A stretch of 64,000 bases of DNA from Limosilactobacillus sp. (GCF_051873075.1 NZ_JBJEEM010000079.1:9213-73212); one strand, 5' to 3'. Shown: positions 21,327-29,835, counted from the first letter of the stretch. Notes: generated from the sequence alone by a model not told the origin. Numbers and translations are program-made.

Positions 21327-22574
21327 CTATTTTATGAGGGCCTGATAGAGCATCTGCAGCCCCGCCTGAACACTCTGCCGCCGCACCGCCTGGCGGCCAC
21401 GGTAGGCCCCTAAGTGGCAAAGTTTGGTTTGGGTCGGCTGACCTTCAATCGCCAGCCCGATCCAAACGGTCCCGGCCGGCTGACCTTCAAGGCTGTCCGG
21501 TCCAGCCACCCCGGTAAAGCCCAGGCCGATTGCCACGTTTAGTTTCTCACGGCTCTTCTCAGCCATCTGCGCGGCAGTGGCGGCACTGACTACCCCATTC
21601 TTTTCGATTACCTCAGGGGCAATCCCCAACAGGTGCTCCTTGGCTGTCGCCGCATAGGTCACCAGGCCACCGTCAAAGACGTTTGAGGCCCCCGGCACCG
21701 AACAGATAGTGCTCTGAAACATTCCGCCGGTCAAGCTCTCAGCAGCCGTCACCCGTAAGCCTCGCTGGCGCAACAGGTCCACGACCACATTGACAAGCCG
21801 GCAGTCATCACCAACCCCGAAGAAGAACGGGGCTTCCTTGGCAACGATTGCTGCTTGGGCAGTGTCAAGCAGACGGTTCGCCTCGGCTTGCGCCTGGTTT
21901 CGGACGGTCATCCGCACCTGGATCGCATCCGGCTGAACGTAGGAGGTAATCGTCACCCCAGTCAGGTCAGCGGTCACCGTGGCGACTTCATCCATTAATT
22001 CCGACTCCGGACGGCCAAAGAAGTTCAGGGTCCGACTAGTGATCTGGGTGTGCTGCCCGATGACCTTAGCCAGCCGTGGCATGACCTCACGGGTGACCAT
22101 CGGTTTAAACTCACGTGGTGGTCCCGGCAACACTACCAACCGATGGCCATCACGCTCGTACCAGGAACCTAAGGCAAGTCCTACCGCGTTGACTAACGGC
22201 GTACCCCCAGTGAGGTACTTGGCCTGTTGGATGTTCTCCGGCATCATCACCTTGTGACGTTGTTTAAAGGTGCCCTTGATCCACTGCCAGTGGTCCTGGT
22301 CCACCGTTAAATCCGTTCCCAGGGCCGCAGCGACCGCCGCCAGGGTCACGTCATCCGCAGTGGGGCCCAGGCCACCGCAGACAAATACCAGCGAGGAACG
22401 TTGCCAGGCTGACCGAATCGCCTCTACCATCAGGTCACGCTGATCGGGAATGGCCAACTGACGGTCCGCCGTAATCCCAAGCGTGGCCAGCTGCCGTGCA
22501 AGAAATGGCGCGTTTGTGTTCACAATCTGGCCGAGCACGATCTCCGTGCCGACTGATATAATCTCAGCATTCAT
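21327..22574 (-). CDS. cinA: Competence/damage-inducible protein CinA (MoCF + nicotinamide-nucleotide amidase domains)
   Basis: I moved the start to MNAEIISVGTEIVLGQIVNTN (22574). The C-terminal PncC-like domain contains AESLTGG. Confidence 0.9.
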   Translation of the reverse strand: MNAEIISVGTEIVLGQIVNTNAPFLARQLATLGITADRQLAIPDQRDLMVEAIRSAWQRSSLVFVCGGLGPTADDVTLAAVAAALGTDLTVDQDHWQWIKGTFKQRHKVMMPENIQQAKYLTGGTPLVNAVGLALGSWYERDGHRLVVLPGPPREFKPMVTREVMPRLAKVIGQHTQITSRTLNFFGRPESELMDEVATVTADLTGVTITSYVQPDAIQVRMTVRNQAQAEANRLLDTAQAAIVAKEAPFFFGVGDDCRLVNVVVDLLRQRGLRVTAAESLTGGMFQSTICSVPGASNVFDGGLVTYAATAKEHLLGIAPEVIEKNGVVSAATAAQMAEKSREKLNVAIGLGFTGVAGPDSLEGQPAGTVWIGLAIEGQPTQTKLCHLGAYRGRQAVRRQSVQAGLQMLYQALIK

Positions 22575-22667
22575 TCTTTCCACCCCTATATAGTTAATAC
22601 GTAAATTATAATCCACGGTACCAAAAAAAGCTGGGGGAAATCTCACCAGCTTTTTTCCAGCTTATTA

Positions 22668-23267
22668 TTATTTAAACCCGTCAGAGAAGACTCCCCGTCC
22701 TTGGATGAAGTAGTCGACTCCGGAGTAAATCGTGAAGAACAGGCAAATGTAGAGCATGATCTGGCCAAACGGAATTCCCCAGATGGCGAAGATCACGTTG
22801 TTTAACAGCAAGAAGATAATCGCGATGAACTGAGTCGTCGTCTTGATCTTGCCGGGCATCTTAGCCGCCAGCACGATCCCACTCTGTTCAACCAGCAGAA
22901 GACGCAGACCCGTTACGGAAAGTTCCCGCCAAATGATAATTGACGTAACCCATGCTGGGACAACTTGGTTCCCCGTCAGGACGATAAAGGCCGTCATGAC
23001 GAGCAGCTTGTCCGCCAGCGGGTCAGTAAACTTACCGAAATTGGTCACCAGGTGGTCGCGCCGGGCAATCCGTCCGTCCAAGTTATCAGTGATCGTCGCC
23101 GCGATAAACAGGATGGCCGCAATCAACTGGGCAACCGGAATCGTCGCCCCCCAGAAAGTAACACTTCCCCAAGAAAATGGCACCACCATCAGTATCAGGA
23201 AAAATGGAATGATAATCAACCGGACAACGGTTAATTTATTAGGTAAATTCAAAGTCTCGTCCTCCAA
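22668..23267 (-). CDS. pgsA: CDP-diacylglycerol--glycerol-3-phosphate 3-phosphatidyltransferase
   Basis: 199 aa with the CDP-alcohol phosphatidyltransferase motif DGRIARR...GKFTDPLADKLLV. It abuts the rodZ stop. Confidence 0.92.
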   Translation of the reverse strand: MEDETLNLPNKLTVVRLIIIPFFLILMVVPFSWGSVTFWGATIPVAQLIAAILFIAATITDNLDGRIARRDHLVTNFGKFTDPLADKLLVMTAFIVLTGNQVVPAWVTSIIIWRELSVTGLRLLLVEQSGIVLAAKMPGKIKTTTQFIAIIFLLLNNVIFAIWGIPFGQIMLYICLFFTIYSGVDYFIQGRGVFSDGFK

Positions 23268-24320
23268 TTATCGCGTCTGCGTGTTTGTCTGCTGTTGGCT
23301 GTTAGCATTTGAGGTTGCCGTCGTGGACTGCCGGTTGGCGGTAGTGCTCTGCTGACTGGCAGCACTGCTGCTAGTTGACGTTTGCTGGCTGCTTCCAGTG
23401 CTGCTCGTCGTGCTGCTGGATGCAGATGAGGAGCTGCTGGATTGCTGGCTACCGAAGTTAATGGTAACCGTCCGGGTATTCTGGTAACGACCGTTGTTGG
23501 TAAAGTCAATCGTCTGGTTGCCAATCTTAAGTTTGGTAGAACGGGCATTGCCGACCGTAATTACCAGACTAGTCGTATCCTTGGCAACCTTAACACTGGC
23601 CTTTTCATTGGCATTTAGGGTCCGGTTTAAGAGGGAGTTGTTGTTGGCCCGGACCTGCATCCATGCCCGGTCCGTCGAGTTAATCTGCAGGGTAGTGTCG
23701 GCCTTCAGCTGATCAGCCGTATAGGTAACACTGGTATCATCACGGCTGGTCTGCTTGAGCTTGATGGTGTTCTCGGTCGTCTTCTTAGCAGTCTTCTTGC
23801 TGGACGAAGAAGCCTTCTTCCGACTCTCACCCGAAACAGAAACGGAACTGTTGTCGATCCGGGTAGAAGAATCGCGGTGGCTTCGAGCAATCGCGGTGAA
23901 CCAGATTGCTGCCAGAACCAGGATGATCACTACCGTAATAATGATGGTCGGCAAGTAGCGGCGGCTCTTCGTCACCTGGTTGCCAAGCGTCTTACGCTGA
24001 CTAGCCCGGGACTCTACCGCCTGGGCGATGTGCTCAGAGTATTCCGCCGTCTTGGCCTTTGGCAGGTCGTCTTCGTACTCCTTGAGCAGGTCATCCCCAT
24101 CCAAGCCAACCGTATCCGCGTACTGCTTAACAAAGGCCCGCACGTAGAAGTCGCCGGGCAGTTCGTCAAACTTTTCATCCTCGATCGCGATCAAGTATCG
24201 CTTCTGAATCTTGGTAATCTGCTGGAGGTCGTCAAGTGTATACCCCTTAGCTTGGCGAGCCTTCTGCAACTTCTTACCAATCTCAACATGACTTTGTTGT
24301 TCGCTATTGTTTTCACTCAT
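23268..24320 (-). CDS. rodZ: RodZ-like cytoskeleton-associated HTH membrane protein
   Basis: N-terminal XRE HTH (IGKKLQKARQAKGYTLDDLQQITKIQKRYLIAIE), a central TM segment and a Ser/Thr/Gln-rich C-terminus. Same position as ymfM/rodZ before pgsA in Bacillus. Confidence 0.8.
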   Translation of the reverse strand: MSENNSEQQSHVEIGKKLQKARQAKGYTLDDLQQITKIQKRYLIAIEDEKFDELPGDFYVRAFVKQYADTVGLDGDDLLKEYEDDLPKAKTAEYSEHIAQAVESRASQRKTLGNQVTKSRRYLPTIIITVVIILVLAAIWFTAIARSHRDSSTRIDNSSVSVSGESRKKASSSSKKTAKKTTENTIKLKQTSRDDTSVTYTADQLKADTTLQINSTDRAWMQVRANNNSLLNRTLNANEKASVKVAKDTTSLVITVGNARSTKLKIGNQTIDFTNNGRYQNTRTVTINFGSQQSSSSSSASSSTTSSTGSSQQTSTSSSAASQQSTTANRQSTTATSNANSQQQTNTQTR

Positions 24321-24359
24321 TAGCCTATCTCCATTTTTATTATTCGCTTATCCTTGGAC

Positions 24360-24368
24360 ATTATATCA
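24360..24368 (-). promoter_or_regulatory. Extended -10 promoter element (TGaTATAAT) upstream of rodZ
   Basis: Minus strand acaTGATATAATgtcc, about 40 nt upstream of the rodZ ATG. Confidence 0.5.
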
Positions 24369-24404
24369 TGTTCTCTTTAGAACTAAAGTTAAGAAAAGGT
24401 ATCG

Positions 24405-25721
24405 TTACTGGTGATGGGGAACAACCTGATATACCGAAATCCCCTGCGGCGTGATGAATTCCTTAGCAACCTGGTAGAGGTCATCCAAGGTAATCGTGTT
24501 CAGGAGCTGGATCTCATCCATTAGGTTGGCACCATCAAAAAGCCGGCCGGCATAGCGGTTAGCAATGGCTTCTGGGGAGTCCATCAGCCCAATCAGGCGG
24601 CCCAGTTCTGCCCGCTTAATGCCGTCAAACCGAGTCCGGGCCGCGTCAATCTGCTTATCAGCACTCTCCAGGATAGCCACGACCTCATCAGCGAAGCGCT
24701 CCATCTGGTCGGTGTTCGAACTGAAGTAAGCAAAGTGGAAGCCCCGTTGCATCTCAAAGCTATAGCCGAACGAATCATCCAAGACCTCGTTGTTGTAGAG
24801 GCGCAGGTAGTTATCCGACGTGTCGTCGAACAGGACATCGAGCAGGAGATCCACCGCCAATTTGTAGCGCAACCGCTCCCGGCCGCTGTCAAACTTCTTG
24901 ATCCCCCGCAGACCAACCATTACCTTCGGCCGGGCGATGTTCATCGTCAGTGACCGGAACGGGATGACGTCGTGAGCAGTCGGGTCGTTTAGTTCAAACA
25001 GCCGCCGCGGTGTTTGGTCCGGCGGAAAAGTCTTGGCTGCCTGATTCTCTTCAATCCAGGACAGAGTTTCCTCAGGATCCAGGTTACCAACGATAAACAG
25101 GTTCATGTTGCCCGGCTGATAGAACGTCTGGTAGCTCTGCATCAGAATCTCCGGCGTAATCTTGCTGATCGATTCAACGGTCCCCGCAATGTCAATCCGC
25201 ATCGGGTCATGCGGGTACAGGTTCCCGATCAGCCCCAGGTAGAGACGCCAATCGGCATCATCGTCATACATCTTAATCTCTTGGCCGATGATCCCCTGCT
25301 CCTTTTGCACCGTCTGAGCAGTGAAGTACGGATCCTGAACAAAGTCAAGCAGAACGTCCAGGTTTTCGCGCAGGTGACTGGTGGTCGAAAAGAGGTAGCT
25401 GGTCTGGGTAAAGCTGGTGTAGGCGTTGGAATCCGCCCCCAGCTTGCCAAACAGGTCAAAGGCATCGTGGTCGGCCTTCTCAAACATCTTATGTTCGAGG
25501 AAATGAGCAACCCCGTCTGGGACCCAGATCGGCTCCTGCTCCTGGTACGGAACGAAATGGTTGTCAATTGAGCCGAAATCCGTTGAGAATGTCGCATAGG
25601 TCTTTTGGAAGCCCGGCATTGGCAAGAGCTGGACAAGCAGTCCGTTGGCAAGTCTTTGCCGGTAGATTGTCCGATTAAATTCTTGATACGTTTGTCTATC
25701 CATCTGTTTATTTTTCACCAC
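24405..25721 (-). CDS. ymfH: M16-family zinc peptidase (YmfH-like, catalytic HxxEH present)
   Basis: 438 aa with GVAHFLEHKMFEK (HxxEH). The start is ambiguous between GTG 25721, which overlaps ymfF by 14 nt, and ATG 25703. Confidence 0.85.
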   Translation of the reverse strand: MVKNKQMDRQTYQEFNRTIYRQRLANGLLVQLLPMPGFQKTYATFSTDFGSIDNHFVPYQEQEPIWVPDGVAHFLEHKMFEKADHDAFDLFGKLGADSNAYTSFTQTSYLFSTTSHLRENLDVLLDFVQDPYFTAQTVQKEQGIIGQEIKMYDDDADWRLYLGLIGNLYPHDPMRIDIAGTVESISKITPEILMQSYQTFYQPGNMNLFIVGNLDPEETLSWIEENQAAKTFPPDQTPRRLFELNDPTAHDVIPFRSLTMNIARPKVMVGLRGIKKFDSGRERLRYKLAVDLLLDVLFDDTSDNYLRLYNNEVLDDSFGYSFEMQRGFHFAYFSSNTDQMERFADEVVAILESADKQIDAARTRFDGIKRAELGRLIGLMDSPEAIANRYAGRLFDGANLMDEIQLLNTITLDDLYQVAKEFITPQGISVYQVVPHHQ

Positions 25722-26958
25722 TCAATAAGTAAATTGCCTGCATCTTCACCATCCGTGCTACCCGGGAAACGTCTTCCGCACTTACTGCGTTGATCTTTTC
25801 AGTTACGGCCGTTTCCGCTGGCAGGTCCAACAATGCCCGCAGGAGTTGCCGGCCCAAGATGTTGTTAGCCAAGTCATGACTGGCCCGGTACTGGTTAACC
25901 AGACTATCCTGCACCTCGGCCAGCCGCCCGGCACTGAACTTACCGGCGCAAATGTCGGCCAACTGCTGGGCGATCAGGTTCTCCACCCGCTGTGCATCCG
26001 CGGCCTGGATCCCCGTTTGGATCCCTAAAAAGCCAGTGAACGGTAACAAGCGGCTCGTCGCATAGTAAGCCAGGCTGGCCTTTTCCCGGACGTTGGTAAA
26101 AAGCTTAGAGTACGGCGTTCCACCGAACAAACCGTTGAAAACCAGTCCCGCATAGTAGTTATCGTCCTGGTAATAAACCGGCAGCTGGTAGCCGAGGTTC
26201 AGCTTTGCCTGAACTACCGGTTGGTGTTCGACTTGCCGCTGAACATTCAGATAAGGCTCCTGCCGGTAGAAGGGCCGCATGGTTCCGACCTGGCGTGGAG
26301 TAAAGGGCAGTTGGCTGAGGGCGTCTTTTACCGTGGCTGGGTCGACATCCCCCAACACAAAGATGTCCACCCGGTCACGTTCGATCATGTCCTGGTAGAC
26401 CTTAACCAGATTCTGGGCCGTCAACTTAGCCAGATCCGCTACCTGCCCAAAACTCGGCACCCGCATAACCGAACCCGCCGGGTAATAGAGATTCATCAGC
26501 TGGCGGTTAGCATAAAACTGCTTGTCATCATACAGGGCCGTAATGGTCTGCTCAAGGTTATGGGCCTGAATCCGGAAGGTCGGACCATCAAACTCGTCGT
26601 CATCAATCAATGGATGGAATAGGATCTCGTTGATTAGCTCAACGACCTGGTCAAAAAGATTCGTTCCCGCAATCTGGTCATTAACAAAACTCGCGCGCAG
26701 CCGCACCGTATGGAGACGGCCAACCCGGCCAACTCCCATGCCGACATAGGCCCCGTAGAGGTTGGCAAGTTGCCGCGCCAGGGCGGTCTGAGTCGGGTAG
26801 CGGTGGGTACTGGTCTCCAAGAGATTGGCAAGGAGGTTGCGGGCCGTCGCGTTGTCACTAGTCTGTGGAGTGGTAAAAGTAATCAGAACGTGCGTCATCT
26901 TAAATTGCTGGGTGGGAATAACGTGGAGACCCACGCCACTGGCAAGATCAAAATGCAC
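25708..26958 (-). CDS. ymfF: M16-family peptidase-like protein lacking HxxEH (YmfF-like, probable non-catalytic partner)
   Basis: 416 aa with an M16 fold. The zinc-motif position reads NLLANLLETST. GTG start with an AAAGGAGA SD. Confidence 0.8.
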   Translation of the reverse strand: MHFDLASGVGLHVIPTQQFKMTHVLITFTTPQTSDNATARNLLANLLETSTHRYPTQTALARQLANLYGAYVGMGVGRVGRLHTVRLRASFVNDQIAGTNLFDQVVELINEILFHPLIDDDEFDGPTFRIQAHNLEQTITALYDDKQFYANRQLMNLYYPAGSVMRVPSFGQVADLAKLTAQNLVKVYQDMIERDRVDIFVLGDVDPATVKDALSQLPFTPRQVGTMRPFYRQEPYLNVQRQVEHQPVVQAKLNLGYQLPVYYQDDNYYAGLVFNGLFGGTPYSKLFTNVREKASLAYYATSRLLPFTGFLGIQTGIQAADAQRVENLIAQQLADICAGKFSAGRLAEVQDSLVNQYRASHDLANNILGRQLLRALLDLPAETAVTEKINAVSAEDVSRVARMVKMQAIYLLSGEK

Positions 26959-27136
26959 TGTGATGTTCTCCTTTCCATTAAATCAAACGTTTGTAAGCAA
27001 AACGTTCGCCAAACTTTTTGCCGAATTAGTCATACTGAATAATGATACGTTAAACCAACCTAAATTACAAACCAATCCCGGCATTTCGGCGAAATTAACC
27101 GAACAGGAAATGGAGCGAAGTGCTGGTTAGGCGTCA

Positions 27137-27178
27137 AATGGCACCAAGCGTTCGAAGAGCCGAACGCTTGGTGCCATT
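27137..27178. repeat. Perfect 18-bp inverted repeat (6-nt loop)
   Basis: AATGGCACCAAGCGTTCG-aagagc-CGAACGCTTGGTGCCATT, 30 nt downstream of the ABC operon stop. No U/T tract on either side. Confidence 0.8.
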
Positions 27179-27207
27179 CGTGTACTATGGATAAACAGAT
27201 AAAACAC

Positions 27208-28056
27208 TTAATTATTGTCGGAACCGAGGAAAGTGCTATTAGTACCAAACCACTTCTCGTTGATTTTCTTCAGCTGACCGTTGCGCTGCAGTCTGCCCAG
27301 ACCAGCGTTAATCTTCTTGCGGAGGGTCTTATCGCCCTTGCGCATCCCGACCGCGAAGTATTCAACTGGGAACTGGCGATTAACCTCGACCCGGTAGTCG
27401 GCTGGATTCTTCTGGTGCTTGACGTAGTAGTTGGCGTAAACCTCGTCCATTAGGATTCCTTGAATCCGTCCGGCATTCAGATCAATAAAGGCGTTCGGGA
27501 AGGTATCGTACATCACCGGGGTCTTCCCCTTGATCTTATCCTTCAACAACTTCGGGTGTTCGTTTAGGACCGTGTCCCCGGTCGACCCGGTCTGGACCCC
27601 CAGGGTCTTCCCCTTCATGTCGTTGAGGTTGTTGATGTGGTCACGCTTCAGGGTCACCAGGACCTGCCGATTGGCCAGGTAGTAGCGGCTAAAGGCCACC
27701 TTCTTGCGCCGGCTGGCATTGACGGAATAACCGTTCCAAAGGAGGTCAATCGTGCCGTTCTTCAATTCGGTTTCCTTCATTGACCAGTCGATTGGCTGGA
27801 AGTCAACCTTGATCCCGTATTGCTTAAAGACGGCCCGCGCCAGATCGACATCGTAACCAACCAGCTTCCCGTTCTTTTGCCGGAAGCCCATCGGGACAAA
27901 ACTGTCATCGAGCCCGATGATCACCTTCTTGCGCCGTTCGATCCGCGACCAGGTATCCTGGTGGTTCGCCCGGGTAGTGACACTCTCACAGCCAGTCAGG
28001 CACAGGGTGGGAATCAAAAGTAGCAATAGCAGCCAAATCGCTTTGAACTTCTTCAT
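27208..28056 (-). CDS. Amino-acid ABC transporter substrate-binding lipoprotein
   Basis: I moved the start to MKKFKAIWLLLLLLIPTLCLTGCES (lipobox LTGC) with a GGGGAGGGAAG SD. Family-3 SBP-like sequence (VIIGLDDSFVPMGF). Confidence 0.88.
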   Translation of the reverse strand: MKKFKAIWLLLLLLIPTLCLTGCESVTTRANHQDTWSRIERRKKVIIGLDDSFVPMGFRQKNGKLVGYDVDLARAVFKQYGIKVDFQPIDWSMKETELKNGTIDLLWNGYSVNASRRKKVAFSRYYLANRQVLVTLKRDHINNLNDMKGKTLGVQTGSTGDTVLNEHPKLLKDKIKGKTPVMYDTFPNAFIDLNAGRIQGILMDEVYANYYVKHQKNPADYRVEVNRQFPVEYFAVGMRKGDKTLRKKINAGLGRLQRNGQLKKINEKWFGTNSTFLGSDNN

Positions 28057-28072
28057 ACGCTTCCCTCCCCTT

Positions 28073-28756
28073 CTATGCCTGTTTCTTGTCAACATCCTGA
28101 ACCTGATCAAAAGCCTTGTCGAGGGCCTTAACCTTTAGGATGTCATCGGCGATCTCGTTAGCAAAGTCAAAATCGTGGGTAACCACCAGTTGGGTCATGC
28201 CGTCCTTCTTGAGTCCCATGATAATCTTGGCAACTTCCTTGCGCATCTCCGGGTCAAGGGCCGAAGTCGGTTCATCATAACAGAGGATCTTCGGACTCAT
28301 CGCCAGGGCCCGGGCAATGGCCACCCGTTGCTTTTGCCCCCCGGACAGCTGCCATGGGTACAGGTCGCCCTTGGTGTTTAGACCTAGTTCTTCGAGCAGT
28401 TTCTGAGCATCGGCCACGGCTTCTTCCTTGGACTTCTTCAATACCATAATCGGTGCCAGGGTGACGTTTTCCATCACCGACAGGTTCGGGAAGAGGTTGT
28501 AGTCTTGAAATACTACCCCGATCACCCGGTCGGATTCCGCCGTCCCTTGGGGATCGAAGGGCTGGCCATCAATGAGGAATTCCCCCCGATCGGCCTTCTC
28601 CAGTCCTGTGATGCAGCGCAGCAAGGTTGTCTTTCCGGCACCAGACGGACCAACGATACTGAGGATCTCGCCATCCTTAACCGTTAAGTTAACATTGTCT
28701 AAGATGACCCGGTCACCGAAACTCTTGTATAGATTCTTAACTTCTAACATTGGCAA
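28073..28756 (-). CDS. Amino-acid ABC transporter ATP-binding protein
   Basis: 227 aa with Walker A GPSGAGKTT, signature LSGGQKQRVAIARAL and Walker B ILCYDEPTSALD. Confidence 0.93.
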   Translation of the reverse strand: MPMLEVKNLYKSFGDRVILDNVNLTVKDGEILSIVGPSGAGKTTLLRCITGLEKADRGEFLIDGQPFDPQGTAESDRVIGVVFQDYNLFPNLSVMENVTLAPIMVLKKSKEEAVADAQKLLEELGLNTKGDLYPWQLSGGQKQRVAIARALAMSPKILCYDEPTSALDPEMRKEVAKIIMGLKKDGMTQLVVTHDFDFANEIADDILKVKALDKAFDQVQDVDKKQA

Positions 28757-28766
28757 TTCCTCCTAA

Positions 28767-29408
28767 TTACTTGAAGTATGAATAGCGTTGTTCAACTTTC
28801 CGCAGAACAAGGGTGCAAATCCCCACCAGGATCAGGTAGATAACGGCAACCAGCAACAGCGGTACCAGAGTGACATCCCGCGCCGTTGCGACGTTGCCGG
28901 CCCGCAACAGGTCGCCCAAACCGATAACGTATACCAATGAAGAATCCTTAACCAGGTTGATTACCTCGTTCCCAATCGATGGAATGATAATCTTGACCAC
29001 TTGCGGGATCACGATCTTGCGAAGGGTCTGCCAGTAGCTTAGCCGCAAAACCCGGGCCGCTTCAAACTGGCCCTCGTCAATGGCCTGGAAGCCGCCACGA
29101 AAGATTTCAGCGAAGTAGGCAGCGTAGTTCAGGATAAAGGCCACGAGCGCGGCATCATAACGCTGGAAGACAATCCCAATAATCGGTAAACCATAAAATA
29201 CAAAGATCAATTGCAAAAGCAGTGGGGTCCCCCGCATTAACCAAACGTAAATCTCAAGGATCCATTGCAAGGGCCGAATCTTGGAAATCAAGCCCAGACT
29301 GACTAGAATCCCCAGCGGCAGTGAGCAGACCAGCGTCCAGAAGAAAATCTGTAAGGTCAGCCCCGCCCCCTGTAATAATGATGGCAAAATCTCAGTAACG
29401 TATTGCAT
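28767..29408 (-). CDS. Amino-acid ABC transporter permease
   Basis: I moved the start to MQYVTEILPSLLQGAG (29408) with a GAAGGAGGA SD. His/Glu/Gln/Arg-type permease signature (EAARVLRLSYWQTLRKIVIPQ). The upstream 31 codons in the track lie in the T-box leader. Confidence 0.9.
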   Translation of the reverse strand: MQYVTEILPSLLQGAGLTLQIFFWTLVCSLPLGILVSLGLISKIRPLQWILEIYVWLMRGTPLLLQLIFVFYGLPIIGIVFQRYDAALVAFILNYAAYFAEIFRGGFQAIDEGQFEAARVLRLSYWQTLRKIVIPQVVKIIIPSIGNEVINLVKDSSLVYVIGLGDLLRAGNVATARDVTLVPLLLVAVIYLILVGICTLVLRKVEQRYSYFK

Positions 29409-29450
29409 ATCAAGTCCTCCTTCATCTTCAAACGCCAAACGATAATAAAC

Positions 29451-29561
29451 AAAAAGTCCCCTAGGACAAATGCCTAGAGGACGAATCAATCGTGGTACCA
29501 CCCCATGTTCGCGACCGCCTCACAGCGACCGCCTCGGTAAGTTCAATTTTGAAGCTTAAAC
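29451..29561 (-). promoter_or_regulatory. Second, truncated T-box-like attenuator (T-box core plus terminator, no room for Stem I)
   Basis: The minus strand has core GGGGUGGUACCACG (rc of 29491..29502), followed by hairpin guccucuagg-cauuugu-ccuaggggac plus UUUUUG. Only about 75 nt separate it from the first terminator. That interval contains the direct repeat GAGGCGGUCGC x2 (29511..29521 and 29525..29535). Confidence 0.5.
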
Positions 29562-29829
29562 AAAAAACGCCCTCGAGCCAAATGGCTACGAGGGCGTTTC
29601 CGCGGTTCCACCTCATCTTGTTGACCCCTCACGAGAATCAACCTTAGCGAGTTCAAAATTAAACTCCGTGCTGTAACGGGCTTCCCCGGGCTTCCCTACT
29701 GTCGTTTCAGGAAACCAACTCACAGATGTGATTCAGGCATTTTGGAAGGTCCCTTCCCATCTAACGGGACTCGCTTAGCAACCAATGCTACCCTACTAGT
29801 CTGTTCATTGTCGTTCGTAATATTAATTG
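29562..29829 (-). promoter_or_regulatory. Complete T-box riboswitch leader of the ABC transporter operon (candidate His specifier CAC)
   Basis: On the minus strand I see:
- a K-turn, AAUGA-ACAGA...UCUGU-GA
- an S-turn, CUAGUA
- an AG bulge, AGCGAG
- the specifier loop CUGAAU-CAC-A (CAC is the rc of 29728..29730)
- a Stem II S-turn, AGUAGGGAAGCCCGG
- an F-box, CCGUUA
- the T-box core GAGGUGGAACCGCG (rc of 29601..29612)
- the terminator aacgcccucg...cgagggcguu plus U6. Confidence 0.8.
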
Positions 29830-29835
29830 TGTTGT

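Noticed and set aside
29409-29501. N-terminal extensions in the ORF track: the permease at 29409..29501, gnd at 10198..10305, cinA at 22575..22646, folC at 34568..34624, iscS at 40052..40141 and alaS at 6546..6569.
   Set aside because: In each case an internal ATG with a good SD gives the canonical family N-terminus. The extension runs through leader, terminator or T-box sequence.
29721-29726. An alternative reading of the transporter T-box specifier as UGU (Cys), which would suit the UGGA bulge (U73 tRNAs).
   Set aside because: The UGU lies inside the helix UCUGU that pairs with ACAGA, between the two K-turn halves. The loop position equivalent to the valS GUA is CAC.
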